A stretch of DNA of 64,000 bases, taken from positions 63,364,001 through 63,428,000 of the forward strand of contig NC_092351.1 of assembly GCF_963676685.1 (NCBI RefSeq). The letters are read 5' to 3'. Shown piece after piece: positions 37,909 through 50,285 of this stretch. The notes under the pieces are model-generated. The model had not been told where the DNA came from. It searched no databases and saw nothing but the letters and a program-made list of their open reading frames with translations. Origin of the DNA: Mytilus edulis (Eukaryota). How positions within the stretch are numbered: the stretch's first letter is position 1; every line of letters begins with the position of its first letter. The translations under genes and the position numbers were made by a program.

Positions 37909-39449
37909 AAAATATTATTTCTTTCAGAAGAATTTATAAATTCCTCATTACATATAAAATTTTGAGAATTGTTGGTTTTTAATTTTAGTATGAATAGTTT
38001 TAGCATGAAAGTGAATCCGAACATATAATAAATTTGGATTTATCTGAAGAAGCAACAAATTTGAAAGCCAAAATTATTGCTTCTGCTTCAGCAGTAAAGA
38101 TGGATGCATCAGATGGCAAACGGAGAGTTGCAGCTCTGTCCCTGAAGACAGCAGCAGATGCAACTGTGTCACCATCTTTTGATCCATCAGTAAAGACAGT
38201 TGGACAATCTAGATAATCGGCTTTAATTTCAGCATAGTGTTGCTGAATTAAAAGAGGATTTGTTTTATTTTTATTGTGTTCACGGAGATCAAATATCATT
38301 TTTGATTTTGGAAGTTCCCATGGAGGACATTTGCAAGTTTTAAATTAATCAACAGATTTTAAATCAAAAGAAGCTAAATGTGGTTTTAAACGTATACCTA
38401 ACGAAGAAATTTTATTTTCATGTTTTGCAAAAATATCTTCATAAATCGGATTAAAAACACAGCTGTAGGCAGGATTATCTGAATAGGCTTTTAGTTTGAC
38501 AGCATATTGAAGTCCAAGCTTCCAACGTCTGTCAGAGAGTGAGTGCTCATTAGCCTCTACATACAGACTCTCAACTGGTGAGGTTTTAAATGCGCCAAGA
38601 CAGAGACGCAAACCTCGGTGATGCACAGCATCGAAAATCTGTATGTAGGATTTCCTTGCAGAGCCATACACTATAGAGCCATAATCTAGAGATCTATATA
38701 AATTAAGTAAAATGTTGCGATCAGCACCCCAGTTAGTGCTGCCGACAACTTTTAAAATATCTAAAGCTTTTAAACATCTCGATTTTAACATTTTGATATG
38801 GGGTAGAAAGGTTAACTTTTTAACGAAAATTATCCCAAGAAATTTGGTTTCATCAACCATTTTAATTGGGATGCCGTACAAAGTGAGTTCTGGATCAAGA
38901 TGCAATTTCCTTTTGTTACAAAAATGCATCCCGACCGTTTTTGTCGTGGAAAATTTAAAACCATTTTTCGAGGCCCATTTTTCAATTCTTCCAAGACATA
39001 ATTGTAATTGTCTTTCTATGTTTATTCATATTTTTGCCTCTGTAACATATTAAAAAATCATCAACGTACAATGAACCTTCAATATTACTTTTTAAAACTT
39101 CAACAAGGCTGTTGGTTTTAAGACTAAATAATGTAATAGATAAAATACTCCCCTCTCTTGATCATACAGATCAGACATGGTCGAATTAACTCTAACATTA
39201 AATTGTCTGTTAGAGAGAAAAATAGAAATAAAATGAGGCATATTGCCTTTCAACCCCATATCAAATAGATCTTTGAAAATACCATATTTCCATGCAGTAT
39301 CATAGGCCTTCTCAAGGTCGAAAAAGACCGACACCACATGTTCATTTTTCGCAAAACCATTACGGACAAATGATTCGAATCGAACAAGATGACCAAGAGT
39401 ACTGCGGCCCTGTCGGAATCCACACTGGATATTGGCTAATAGCCCTTTG
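37909..39449 (-). pseudogene. Second, internally decayed copy of the I/Nimb-like LINE
   Basis: Reverse complement of ~33135-34715 with substitutions, frameshifts and a 15-bp deletion (RSLDYG versus RSLVRSKLDYG). Confidence 0.92.
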
Positions 39450-39457
39450 ACTATTCC

Positions 39458-39635
39458 AATTACACAAGAAGTGACAATGGATTTTTGCCTGATTTTATTA
39501 CAGTCCAGAAGAAAAAGGCTACAAAACTACATGTGCAGCAAAGATGATGTGTGGAAAAACTGTGGGAAATCTTACTGATGAGATAAAGATAAAATCTGAT
39601 TTAGTGTATGATAAGCATTCAGGGGAATTTTAATT
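39458..39635 (+). pseudogene. P-element/THAP9-like transposase fragment
   Basis: ILTDEIKIKSDLVYDKHSGEF resembles the DEMKIK.xLVYD...G motif around the first catalytic Asp. Confidence 0.5.
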
Positions 39636-40031
39636 ATTGCATCACAGAGAATCCATTTTTAGAGATGGCAGGAAAATCTCCTTTGTGTCGGATGTTCCCT
39701 ATTCGGTGTACGATAATGTGTATATTTAGGTGTATTAATTTTAATTTTACAAAATGTTCGAGGGGATCGCTCTTGAAACCTGAACAGTATATATCTGTCG
39801 TAATTAGACAGTAGGATCGTATAATTTTGGTTCAACAATCCGCTGATTCCGGTTAAAGTCTGTAGGTGTGTGATCTTGACGGGCATAATTCACGTCAATG
39901 CAGAAGTTAGTATATGCGTGTGTGAAGTGCTATGTTGCAGGCTACAGGTCACACTTATAAATATTATATATATCATTGACATTCATATTGATAAATGACA
40001 TGATTATACGTCAATAAGAACCCAACGACAT

Positions 40032-40364
40032 AAAAGAGGGACGAAAGATACCAAAGGGACAGTCAAACTCATAAATCTAAAACAAACTGACAACGCCATG
40101 GCTAAAAATGAAAAAGACAAACAGAAAAACAATAGTACACACGACACAACATAGAAAACTAAAGAATAAACAACACGAACCCCACCAAAAACTAGGGGGT
40201 GATCTCAGGTGCTCCGGAAGGGTAAGCAGATCCTGCTCCACATGTGGCACCCGTCGTGTTGCTTATGTGATTACAAATCCGGTAAATAGTCTAATTCGGT
40301 AGGTCATATTCATGAAATATTCACCATTTGGAACTCTTGGTTTAATAGCTTCCTTGTGAGCAGT
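40032..40364 (-). repeat. Penelope-like (Naiad-related) family C 3' end
   Basis: Minus strand begins LLTRKLLNQEFQMV, homologous to ITEKLLHQGFRYH of the RT at 6338-7393, then the family C UTR. Confidence 0.7.
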
Positions 40365-41955
40365 TAAAGAGCATAAAGAGGGTAACAATTAGTCTTTAAC
40401 AATGGACAAAATAAATAAGTAAAGACAACTGTTGAGAGTATTAACATATCGACTCAGTCAGATATTTTTCAACATATATGGTTTTACACATGCAGTGAAA
40501 CATACACAAATAAATTGGGATTGTTTTTTTATTTTGTACTGTTACACCACTGTTTCCAAGGGTTACATGCTCAAAACATGTCCCATATTGTGTGTGCCTG
40601 TAGTCAAGTGGTTGTCTATGGTTTATGTCTGCCATGTCTGGGTTTTTTTTAATTGTTTTGGTATAAGCAAGACCAGTAGTTTTCAGTTCCAATTGTTTTT
40701 GATTCCTGACATCATTTCATTTTAAATATAGAAAAATAATATATAATAACTAATAGTATATACTGTGTTAATCTAATACAGGTATTTGTCACCAATAGGG
40801 GACCACTGACCATCTGAGAGGGGACACGCTTTGGTCAAGCTCAAGTGGTTCTCTCTAAAATCAACAAATCAAGACCACAACACATTCATACTCGATAACA
40901 ATTACCTTTCTAATAATTTCTGTTCATCTTCAACATGTCAGACAATAACTCATTTTAACCAATTTGCATGAAAATTTGGTACATATGAGACCAAAATGAC
41001 ACAAAAATTAACAACTATAGGTGACCGTACGGCCTTCAACAATAAGCAAAGCAAATAACATTCTTTGCATTATGATAACTATTGAGGTGTACATGATTTC
41101 TGTATAATTTTATGAAAATGTATCAAGCTCAACTTCTTGAAAAGTTTAACCTTCAATTGATGCTTTTTGTAAATATCAGTTGCTTTTAAAATAAAAAAAT
41201 CAAGGGTTAAATTTTGTTTCAAATTTCCATTCAAATCTAAGAAAAAACTTAAAATCTCTTTTACGTCAATGTCTCCCCTTTTTAATTGTTTTTTTTTCAT
41301 CTACATGATGGAAATTCCATCACTCCAGTTTTTGTGTGCATAGATAACAAGGCACTCTTTCAACCACTCTGATTTACAAGAACAAGCCCTGTCTGAACCC
41401 TATACACTATTATTACAAGGAGATGAAAATATACAAAATAACTCTAAAACTGCCTATCGCTTCTATTGTCGCCTTAATAATCCTTTAGAGCCACCAACAC
41501 AGAATATGTACCATATACCAACCGCGACATTCTGATGCAATTTAAACATTTGCTTCAGACCTAGATACAAATTTAGTTCATGATATGTTTGTTATCCCAA
41601 ATTCACTTCACTATTTAAGAGATCTGGAAACCTTAGTAACTGCAGACTTTCATCAAATCTGTAGTATTGCTTCATTTGATACTGACTGTATATATATTAT
41701 AAACAACACCGTATTTTACCTCAGCGCCAATCATATTGAAGAAATTCTCTGTTACACAAGTTTTATCAGGTATTATACTTATAGAAGTATACCTTATTTT
41801 TTATTCTCACTGGATGAATCATGTTTTAAAATCCATTGGGATCTACATGCTGATAATTTACCTGAATGCATTTATAATTTTTGGTATGACATTTAAAGTT
41901 TTTCATTGCTATTCAAAACAAATCTATACATTTTATATATATCTGGAAACTGCAG

Positions 41956-42340
41956 ATGACAAGCCCGGTACAGATACTCCAACGCTATAGGGACGTTGTG
42001 GAAGAAAAACTCAATGTTAAACAGAAAATTGAGAAACTGCAGAGGGAGTTGGTAGCCCTTGACCAGAAGGAAAACTTTCTAAAAGACACCCTTCTTAATC
42101 AATCGAGTAAATCACCAAGCCAACGTCTCCCAATTCTTCCTGGTTCTTCCTTCGGCCAACTGATGATATTACAGTTGAGAGGTACTGTACACCTTCACAG
42201 CTCCACAGTGTTAACTATAACATGTTAGCAGTAAAAAAATCGACAGGAAACAAACCCATTTAATATTCTTTGTGGTGCATCTGTAACTGGTGGAACTGTA
42301 AACATTAACTTTTTTCCGGAAAAAGAAAATTTGAGTCATC
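41956..42340 (+). pseudogene. Terminal exon-like remnant (coiled coil plus GASVTGGTVNINF tail)
   Basis: Follows a CAG acceptor; KQKIEKLQRELVALDQKE coil; tail motif resembles C-termini of Crypton-type proteins (weak). Confidence 0.3.
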
Positions 42341-42678
42341 ACAGGAATAGACATTTTCAAACCAACTTTACTATTGTTAATGTTATATTAAATTTAGTTA
42401 TGTTTTAAAAATAATATAATTACAATACTTTTTTTGTATTTTATTTAATTTAGTGACCAGCAACCAACATTAGAGGAACCATATATAGGAATCACTGTTC
42501 ATCCTGCTTTTCAACACATAACTTCTGTCAATCTAATATCTTAAGATATTTGGTATATGAAAAGCTTTATTATGGTGAGGTACAAAGTATTTTTTTCAAA
42601 ATTAAACTGTCATTAAAAAGAAGAGAGTACATCAAGTTGGCAGCAACACATACACTTTTGTTCAGTTGGTTAATAAAT

Positions 42679-42857
42679 GTATTAAGAAATAGGTGTTTTT
42701 ATAATGGCCCTGTTATATGTCCTCGTTCAGTAATAATGGCCTCGGAAGTCTGTAATGGCCCTCGGCGTTGCCTCGGGCCATTACAGACTTCCTCGACCAT
42801 TATTACAGACCTTGGACATATAACAGGGCCATTATAAAAACACCCATTCATTAATAC
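42679..42857 (-). repeat. ~180-bp hairpin with three CGAG/CGAG-type internal mismatches
   Basis: Arms 42692-42764 and 42772-42844; CTCG opposite CTCG at 42761/42772 and 42741/42792, CTCG/CTTG at 42722/42811. Confidence 0.92.
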
Positions 42858-44074
42858 TATAATTATACATTATCTGCATGCATACAACATGTATTTTTAT
42901 TGAGAACTATGTATGTATGTTGCTTTTTTATCGACATTGTACTAAACAGTTGCATTAATGCATCAATGCACTTCTATTTACAAAAAGAAATAGTCATTAG
43001 GTATCAAATGTATGAGTGTTCAATTTATATAAACTACAAGATAACTAACTGCAATATAATGTAATGTGCTTTTCAAATCTGTTTTGTTAGATCTCAATTT
43101 TGATCAATTGTATTGATAATTTAAATGTGCTACCTACTGAAGAGTCCTGAGCACACATGGTCTTTTATTAATGTTTATATACAGGACGAAACTTGCAAGG
43201 CCAAACAGACTTCCAAAACCCCCAAATTTTATATTAGTTTTTAAAATCAATTTCTCAATAACAAGGATCATTTGTATCCCCATCTTAATTTAAATTAATT
43301 CTTCAACTCAAATCCTGCACTGCTTTCCATGTATGCAATTCACTTTTACAACCCCTACAGAAAATCAATGGATATTCAATTTAAATAATGTCAACAAGGC
43401 CTTGGAAGTCTAGGTAAAACAAGTAAAAATAAAAGGATATAACTAAAAATAAACAAAAACCAAAGAGTATATATACTGTACTACTCAACTGACCTATCAA
43501 TATATATTCATGATAGCAACAACCATGGAACATTCTTCATCTGAAAACACTCTAAATCATAGATTCACACAAAAAAATATCCTGCTCATCAAAACTGGGA
43601 AAATCTAAATTAATAAATTACTATCCACACTCATCAGTGTCCAAACTTGTATATATATATAAGCATCATATTAGGGGAGTTGATACATATAAAATCTACC
43701 CAATGACTGCTATATTACTTCATTTGCTCGGACTGTATAATTGTCTCTTCTAACTAGCAACGACAAAAACATTTACCATCCAGGTAAAATAATTTTGTCG
43801 TTACTAGTATACATACATCATCAATCTATTTACGTCTTTGTTGTAAGACGATAACATCCCGATTGAATTTATATCAATAAATATATCAATTAAAGAGTTT
43901 AAATATAATAACCACATTAAAAAGCCATTTAAATATCAAAACAATTGATCTTAAATTGGGTCACACAGGTAAATAATTTTGTCGTTGCTAGTGTCAAGCG
44001 TTCCACAAAAAAAATGAACGAAAATAGCTGAGGGCAACTAGATTTATAACTTGCTACAAAACTATCAAACTTTA

Positions 44075-44246
44075 ATCTCTAAGGGTGACTGGGGAATAGA
44101 AATATGGTCACTTGGTCTTCTTCCGACCGGCAGTAAAACGCTTGCCGAATGGGGCGTCCGTTTGGCTGTGCGGGATGTCAAGTTCGCAGTCACGTCCGGT
44201 CAGATTGGGGACGTTAAATCCGATGCCTCGTGTAAAGAGAGTGCCA
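44075..44246 (+). mobile_element. SINE family S1, copy 7 (5' part only)
   Basis: Matches 23559-23733 with small deletions. Confidence 0.88.
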
Positions 44247-44414
44247 TCTTAGAATCAATGTAACAAACCTAAGACGTCAGTCTATAAAAAAAGTATTTTA
44301 TAGAGCGTTGCACTGGTGGCCCAAAACAAAAAGATTACTGGCCATCAATAAAACCCCTTTTAACGAACAAAGGTCTAGTAGTCAGTTTGACAACTATATT
44401 GTATTGTGTAATGA

Positions 44415-44545
44415 TCAAAACATCATAAATGATCAAGCTACTGTGGCAGAAATTTTTAATGATTATTTTGTAAATGTAGCCTAAGACATTGGTAATGAAA
44501 CTTGTGAGGAAGATGAAAACCATCCAAGTATCAAACTATTATAGA
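44415..44545 (+). pseudogene. CR1/L2-group LINE ORF2 linker fragment
   Basis: QNIINDQATVAEIFNDYFVNVA*DIG...HPSIK. Confidence 0.55.
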
Positions 44546-44890
44546 AAACTGTCATATAGACGGTAGTGTGACGAAAAAGAGAGGATGGTCGGGTAACTGG
44601 GGGAACTAGAAATGCCTGAACCCGACGACAACGAATGAAAGTGATGGCAATTTCCTTATATATCCTCCAAGTATTGTTAAGTTTCATGAATCAGGTAGCG
44701 TTGTACTGAGAATGCTCCTGGTCACATAAATTATAAGTGGATCCTTGAGTAGTCTATAACTAAAAGATACTCGAAGTCAATGATAAGTTCAACTTGTATT
44801 AAAAAGACATGTATAATATACGCAATTTAACAATGCATAGTAAACGGAGGGTATTACAATGAATTCGCCCTAGAGACTACAAAACTTTTT

Positions 44891-45305
44891 ACCCCTAGGG
44901 TGACTGGGGAATAGAAATATGGTCACCTGGTCTTCTCTCGACCGACAGTAAAACGTTTGCCAGAGTGGGGCGTCCGTTTGGCTGTATCAAGTTCACAGTC
45001 ACGTCCGGTCAGAATGGGGACGTTAAATCCGATGCCTCGTATAGAGGAAGTGCCACGCTCTTTGCACGTTAAGAACCCTTACAACAACTTATTGAGGGGT
45101 CCGTAGGTGGCCTGTTGCAAGGCTAAATTTCTGTCACTATCCAAAATACCCTCATTTTCCAGTGGCAGTCCAAATTTCCCCATCAACCAAGATGGCCTCT
45201 GTTATGACAAGACCTACCTATTGTATTTATTGTGAACTTGTTCTGTTCCTGAATATGCATGAAACATTTGCCACTGGACGTTAAGCAACCAACAATCAAT
45301 CAATC
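44891..45305 (+). mobile_element. SINE family S1, copy 8
   Basis: Full-length match with small deletions; no clear TSD. Confidence 0.9.
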
Positions 45306-47199
45306 TTGACTTCTTACTGACTAAAATAAAGCCGAACCCCCCTATTTATACTCCCCAATAAACCTGAATAATCATCAAACACTTAACGTCATTAACCAAT
45401 GAAAAAGTGACACATATACTGGTATGGCTAGTAGGGCACCTAGAAGGGCTCTGCAAACTAGGTCAACAAAACAGGAGATGTCTGTGATTAAAAGTTAAAT
45501 TACAGTTATGAAACAAAGAACAATTTTTAAAAACAGTGGGTTGACTTATTATAATTGACAAACTTATATATGAATTGTTAACCCCACCTTTCAAAGAGCA
45601 AAGTAAATGATATAACTGTAAATACATACAAATACATATAAAATCTTTAAAAGGGGGAGAATACCAAAATACAATATTCACTTCACAGCCCCCTTCTTAG
45701 CCCTGAACTTCCACTGTTCAGCAAGAAAAATAACACAATTAAAAGGAATATGATACCTGATGCTCAGGGATCTCCATGGATGAAAATTGAACGATGGAGG
45801 AACTTTCACCATTACAAACCGTGTCTACGCTGAACAGTGTAGCGCGATCGGAAGTATTTTATCCCTCCATACAAGGAATGGTGAACTTGCTTATTCATTG
45901 CTTACACTTATTTAAATTATATTTATTTGAATTTTCATTATAGAATTAGAAGTATCAATATTTTCATTTAGTGCCGTTTTTAACCATTCAAATGCCAAGT
46001 CTTCGTGGTCCCTCCTTAGTCGAGAATTACCAAAAGCTGTCATGAAGGTCCACATGTAGATTTCTTGTATTTTTGGTAATTGTTATGGGGGTTAAAAATC
46101 ATATGATGTGGAGCGTAATTTTCATGGACACTGTCAAATTCAGAATCCATTACCGGTATGGCTGATATGCATCAACAACAAATCGATTCGTACGGGTTAT
46201 GTAAAAGGTTAAAGAGATTTGTAAAGCAAACGTTGACAAATGAAAAGGTTTTTAATGACTTTATCTGGCAAATTGATGCTGTGCAACATGCATCTTTCGA
46301 GTCTGAATAGAAACCGGAAACGCGGATGTATCAATTTGATTGTAATATACGAAATGAATTCGGAATTACGATACGATATTTCTTTACAGGAAATATTTAA
46401 GTTTTTACTTTTAAACTTTAAGTTTAACAACAACAAAAAAATCTAGAAAAACATGATAAACCAAAAATAGATCTAGAAAAACATGATAAACCCTTGTTTT
46501 ACATGTATACTTACATGTACAGGTACAAGCAAAATATAAAAAGTTCCATATAAAAAAAAACTGTCATAAAAAAACATCCATGCATATATAACAAACAAAA
46601 TAAGTCCTTCGCTACTCTACAGGTTCGACCACAGCTTCCGTTTTGCGTAATGCTTCCGCATGTTCACATAGTTCTTCTTCCATATGGCTTATGAAGTCAC
46701 GCCAATCAAAACTTCTTGGGTCGTAATGTGTGGATGTGGCACATTTATGTTCCCTTCTCACAGACGAGACTCCATCCCTGCTTGATCGGATCGTTATAAG
46801 GGATAAATTCACAATCTCCACACTGTCAATGTGTGAATCTCCCACTGGTTCTGGTACATGTATCTAAATCAGAGTTATACACGTCATCCGCCTCTAGGGT
46901 ATTGCTTCCTGAAGCACCGTGACCGACACCCGCCTGTGCAGACTCCATATCAAACTCAGAGGCATCCTCCTGCAGAACCACCTCATCCACAGACTCGGGG
47001 ACCTCAGGGACTTCTAGACCCATGCACATTATCCTCTTTAGCTCTCTTTAACTTCTTTTAAAAACAAACAAAAAGATATGTCAAGTAAATTTGACAATAC
47101 GGGTGACAATGCATCTCAACTGTAAACGAAATTGCGCTTAATTGCAAACAACATGTTCTGAAATAAAATGTTATACTATTTTATCATTGAACGCTGATC

Positions 47200-48080
47200 A
47201 GAGTCTATAGAAAGTATAATTTCTGCAACCAACATAGAACCAGTTGTTATCCATCATATGATTCAGATTGAAACACCATAAGCGGAACCATAATGTACAT
47301 CTGTCGCATTTTAGCATGTCACTTAATACATCTGGCATGTTACAAATGCAGTGCGGTTTCAGTTTTATATCTTGGCATCTAACACTAGACCCAGGTTTGT
47401 GTGGAATGTGTGGAACAGATGTAATATCGTCTTGCCTAAAACAGTACAGCAAGTGAAGAATTTGACTAAGGTCGAAGTTAGCAGGGGTTCGTGTTGTTTA
47501 TTCTTTAGTTTTCTATGTTGTGTCGTGTATGCTGTTGTTTGTTTGTCTTTTTCATTTTAAGCCATGGCGTTGTCAGTTTGTTTTAGATTTATGAGTTTGA
47601 CTGTCCCTTTGGTATCTTTCGTCCCTCTTTTAGCAGATAGGTCACCTTGGTTTCTATTATGACAAATCTCTACCAAGAATGCAATTCACCTAACACCATA
47701 GTCAACGCTGTTTCTTTGCTGCTCAATTAATGGTATGTTAATATTGAGCAGATTATCCGTGTGATCGTTCACTGCTGCAAGTTAAACTTATAAGGATGGC
47801 GATAATGCCTCTCGTGTACTTCGCATGCTGCCAATAAGGTAAATTAATTGACTGCCAACTGACTTATATGACAAGACCCATATATCTTTTCCCTCGTAGT
47901 GTATTTCAGCTGAAATAGGCTGGTTGGAATTTTTTTCCTGCGTAGTAATACCATGTGTTGGCTTTTTCTTCAAAAATGGAGATAGGACTCTTGACCCAAA
48001 ACCATTTTTGTTCCTTCACATTAGTCACTGATAAGCTTCTGTGCATTGTTCAGTTACGGACAGTTTCTATAGCCATTGAC
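47200..48080 (-). pseudogene. Decayed Ulp1-like cysteine protease + PHD finger (transposon-associated)
   Basis: GQWL...NAQKLI, IWVLS, LSPSL, EQQRNSVDYGVR, then HCICNMPD...MLKCDRCTLWF...C; interrupted by a family C fragment. Confidence 0.6.
47483..47630 (+). repeat. Family C 3'-end fragment
   Basis: Reverse complement of 40032-40183. Confidence 0.85.
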
Positions 48081-48316
48081 CGCTGACACAGTGGTTCCTT
48101 TGGTTCAACAGACTCTTCTTTCAATCTCAGCCAATAGTTCTCCTTTTACTAACTGGACGATTTGATCTAGGCTGCAAGATTCTTCAATGACAGTTGCATC
48201 AGCTCTATCAATAGCAGCTTCCCTAAACTGGTAGTAGAACATAGGTTTTTAAATCACACTTGCCTCTGTTAATTTCTGTTACATAAAAGGCTGCCCAGCA
48301 ATTTGAACAAACGTTT

Positions 48317-48425
48317 TAGGATGGTATTAAACACTTCAGAGGATAATTATTTGTTACACCTGAATACGGATTGTAGACGCTTACTGGACCCTTATGTCCA
48401 TCTACATGCGTGTTACTTAATTTCA
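48317..48425 (+). repeat. ~108-bp dispersed repeat, copy 2
   Basis: Direct copy of 36701-36808. Confidence 0.8.
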
Positions 48426-48870
48426 ATATTGAGAAGAATCCTGTGGAACTCATATAAAATATTTCAAAATGCCAGTATTTTACCTTGTCGCTTATTTTGC
48501 AATAATAAAAACATCGCAATCATTCTGAATTTACAATAAAATTTTCTAAAATTATTAAGTTACACAAATAAAAAAAATTAAGTTTACTCCTCTTTAAATA
48601 CAGAAGCCTATGCCAAAGGATAAACTAACATCATGAACGAGAAACAAAAATGTCAAAAGGTCACTATCTCTATTTTATCTCGTGAAGATTTATGATAGAT
48701 TACGATAATAAAGACAATAAGACTGTATATATATGAATAATTAACCTAAGGTGATCTACTTTGGTCAGTTTCTTTAGTCTGTATGCACGTGAAGTAAATT
48801 TGAAGAAAAAAAATGTTATGAAGCAGACACACATCTATCTACTATACTAGATATAAAATAGATATATAAA

Positions 48871-48930
48871 GGTCGGTCTCTGATGAGGGTTTATCTGGGA
48901 ATATTCCCGAAATAACCCGAAACATTGCAT
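48871..48930 (+). ncRNA. Hammerhead core remnant with extended stem II
   Basis: CTGATGA-gggtttatct gggaatattccc gaaataaccc-GAAAC (48880-48923); stems I and III not recoverable. Confidence 0.5.
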
Positions 48931-48984
48931 ATAAAATTTTAAAGAATTCAGCAATAAAAAGTACGTAGTGTCAGGTCAGAAATA

Positions 48985-49400
48985 TTGATACCATACTATA
49001 CATAAGTGGGTGTGTGGTCATTTTATAAAAATAAAATGCTAGACTTGGACAACTACGTAAACATCTAGTTGTTCGAGGATAAAATAACAATATCATTAAT
49101 ACAGCTTTCGAAAGAGCACACAAAACTAGTCGCCAAGAACTTCTAGAGTACAAGGATAAGAATTAAAAAAAAATCAGCAGAACACCTCTTGTACTCACTT
49201 ATCATCCTGCTTTTAACATGTGTCATTCACTGTTCAGAAGCATTGCAAAATTATAGAAAATGACTCAAATCTATAGAACGTACTCTCCTCACCACCAGTC
49301 ATGGCCTTCAGAAGACCTTAAAATATGCGAAATATGCGTGACAAATTAGTGACATCTGTATTAGCAAAACAGCCTACTCCATATCCAAAGCTGCCAATAG
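48985..49400 (+). pseudogene. Penelope-like ORF fragment (RT thumb/linker)
   Basis: LRKHLVVRG*NNNIINTAFERAHKTSRQELLEYK...RTPLVLTYHP...MAFRRP*NMR..DKLV motifs. Confidence 0.7.
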
Positions 49401-49917
49401 AAGCAGTTCTTTCATCAGCTCTGTTTCCGTAAGTTAACAAAATTATACCATCTACTCAAATTCAACTGTAAAACGGAGAACTCAATTTATATATTAACAC
49501 GTAACACTTGTGGCATTCACTATGTGGGAGAAACAATGTGTGACGAAGTCTAAAAAGTGTGGTACTGTGTGTACTGGGGTATTATGTTCGTGCGATGGTT
49601 ATGTTATAATCTCCACTCGATACAGTATAAGTTTTTCTCTTTACGTTTACCCAACACAGACGATGAATGCCAAGTACATGCACTTTTTACAAGATAATCC
49701 AGTGGTTATGGTAACGTGTAAGTCCTGGACACCTTGGTCACATAAAAGTTTATGGATCCCTGTATAGTTAGACAATTTGCTTAAATAAATCACACTGTAA
49801 GGTTGATATTTGTATTAGCATCAAACATATAACAAAGTTCACAATACTAACAGATAGTAAAAGATATTCCACTCCGAAGACTTTATACTACAACTTAACT
49901 TCTCGACTAACTACTCA

Positions 49918-50285
49918 AAAACGCTTGCCGAAGTGGGGCGTCCGTTTGGCTGTGCGGGATGTATCAAGTTCGCAGTCACGTCCGGTCAGAAGGGGGATGT
50001 TAAATCCGATGCCTCGTGTAAAGAGAGTGCCACGCTCTTTGCACGTTAAGAACCCTTGCAACAACTCTTTTGAGGGGTCCGTAGGTGGCCTGTTGCAAGG
50101 CAAAATTTCTGTCCCTATCCAAGATACCCTCATTTTCCAGTGGCAGTCTAAATTTCCCCGACCATCATCCCAAATGGCCTCTATCGTATCAACCTACCTA
50201 TTGTATTTATTGTGAACTTGTTCTCGTCCTGAATATGCATGAAATATTTGCCACTGGACGTTAAGCAACCAACAATCAATCAATC
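49918..50285 (+). mobile_element. SINE family S1, copy 9 (5'-truncated)
   Basis: Matches 23619-23990. Confidence 0.9.

Noticed and set aside
46441-46492. 22-bp tandem duplication atctagaaaaacatgataaacc
   Set aside because: Ordinary local slippage with no further structure.
46612-47029. Two acidic minus-strand ORFs
   Set aside because: Coding-like but frameshifted, with no recognisable motif; cannot be assigned.
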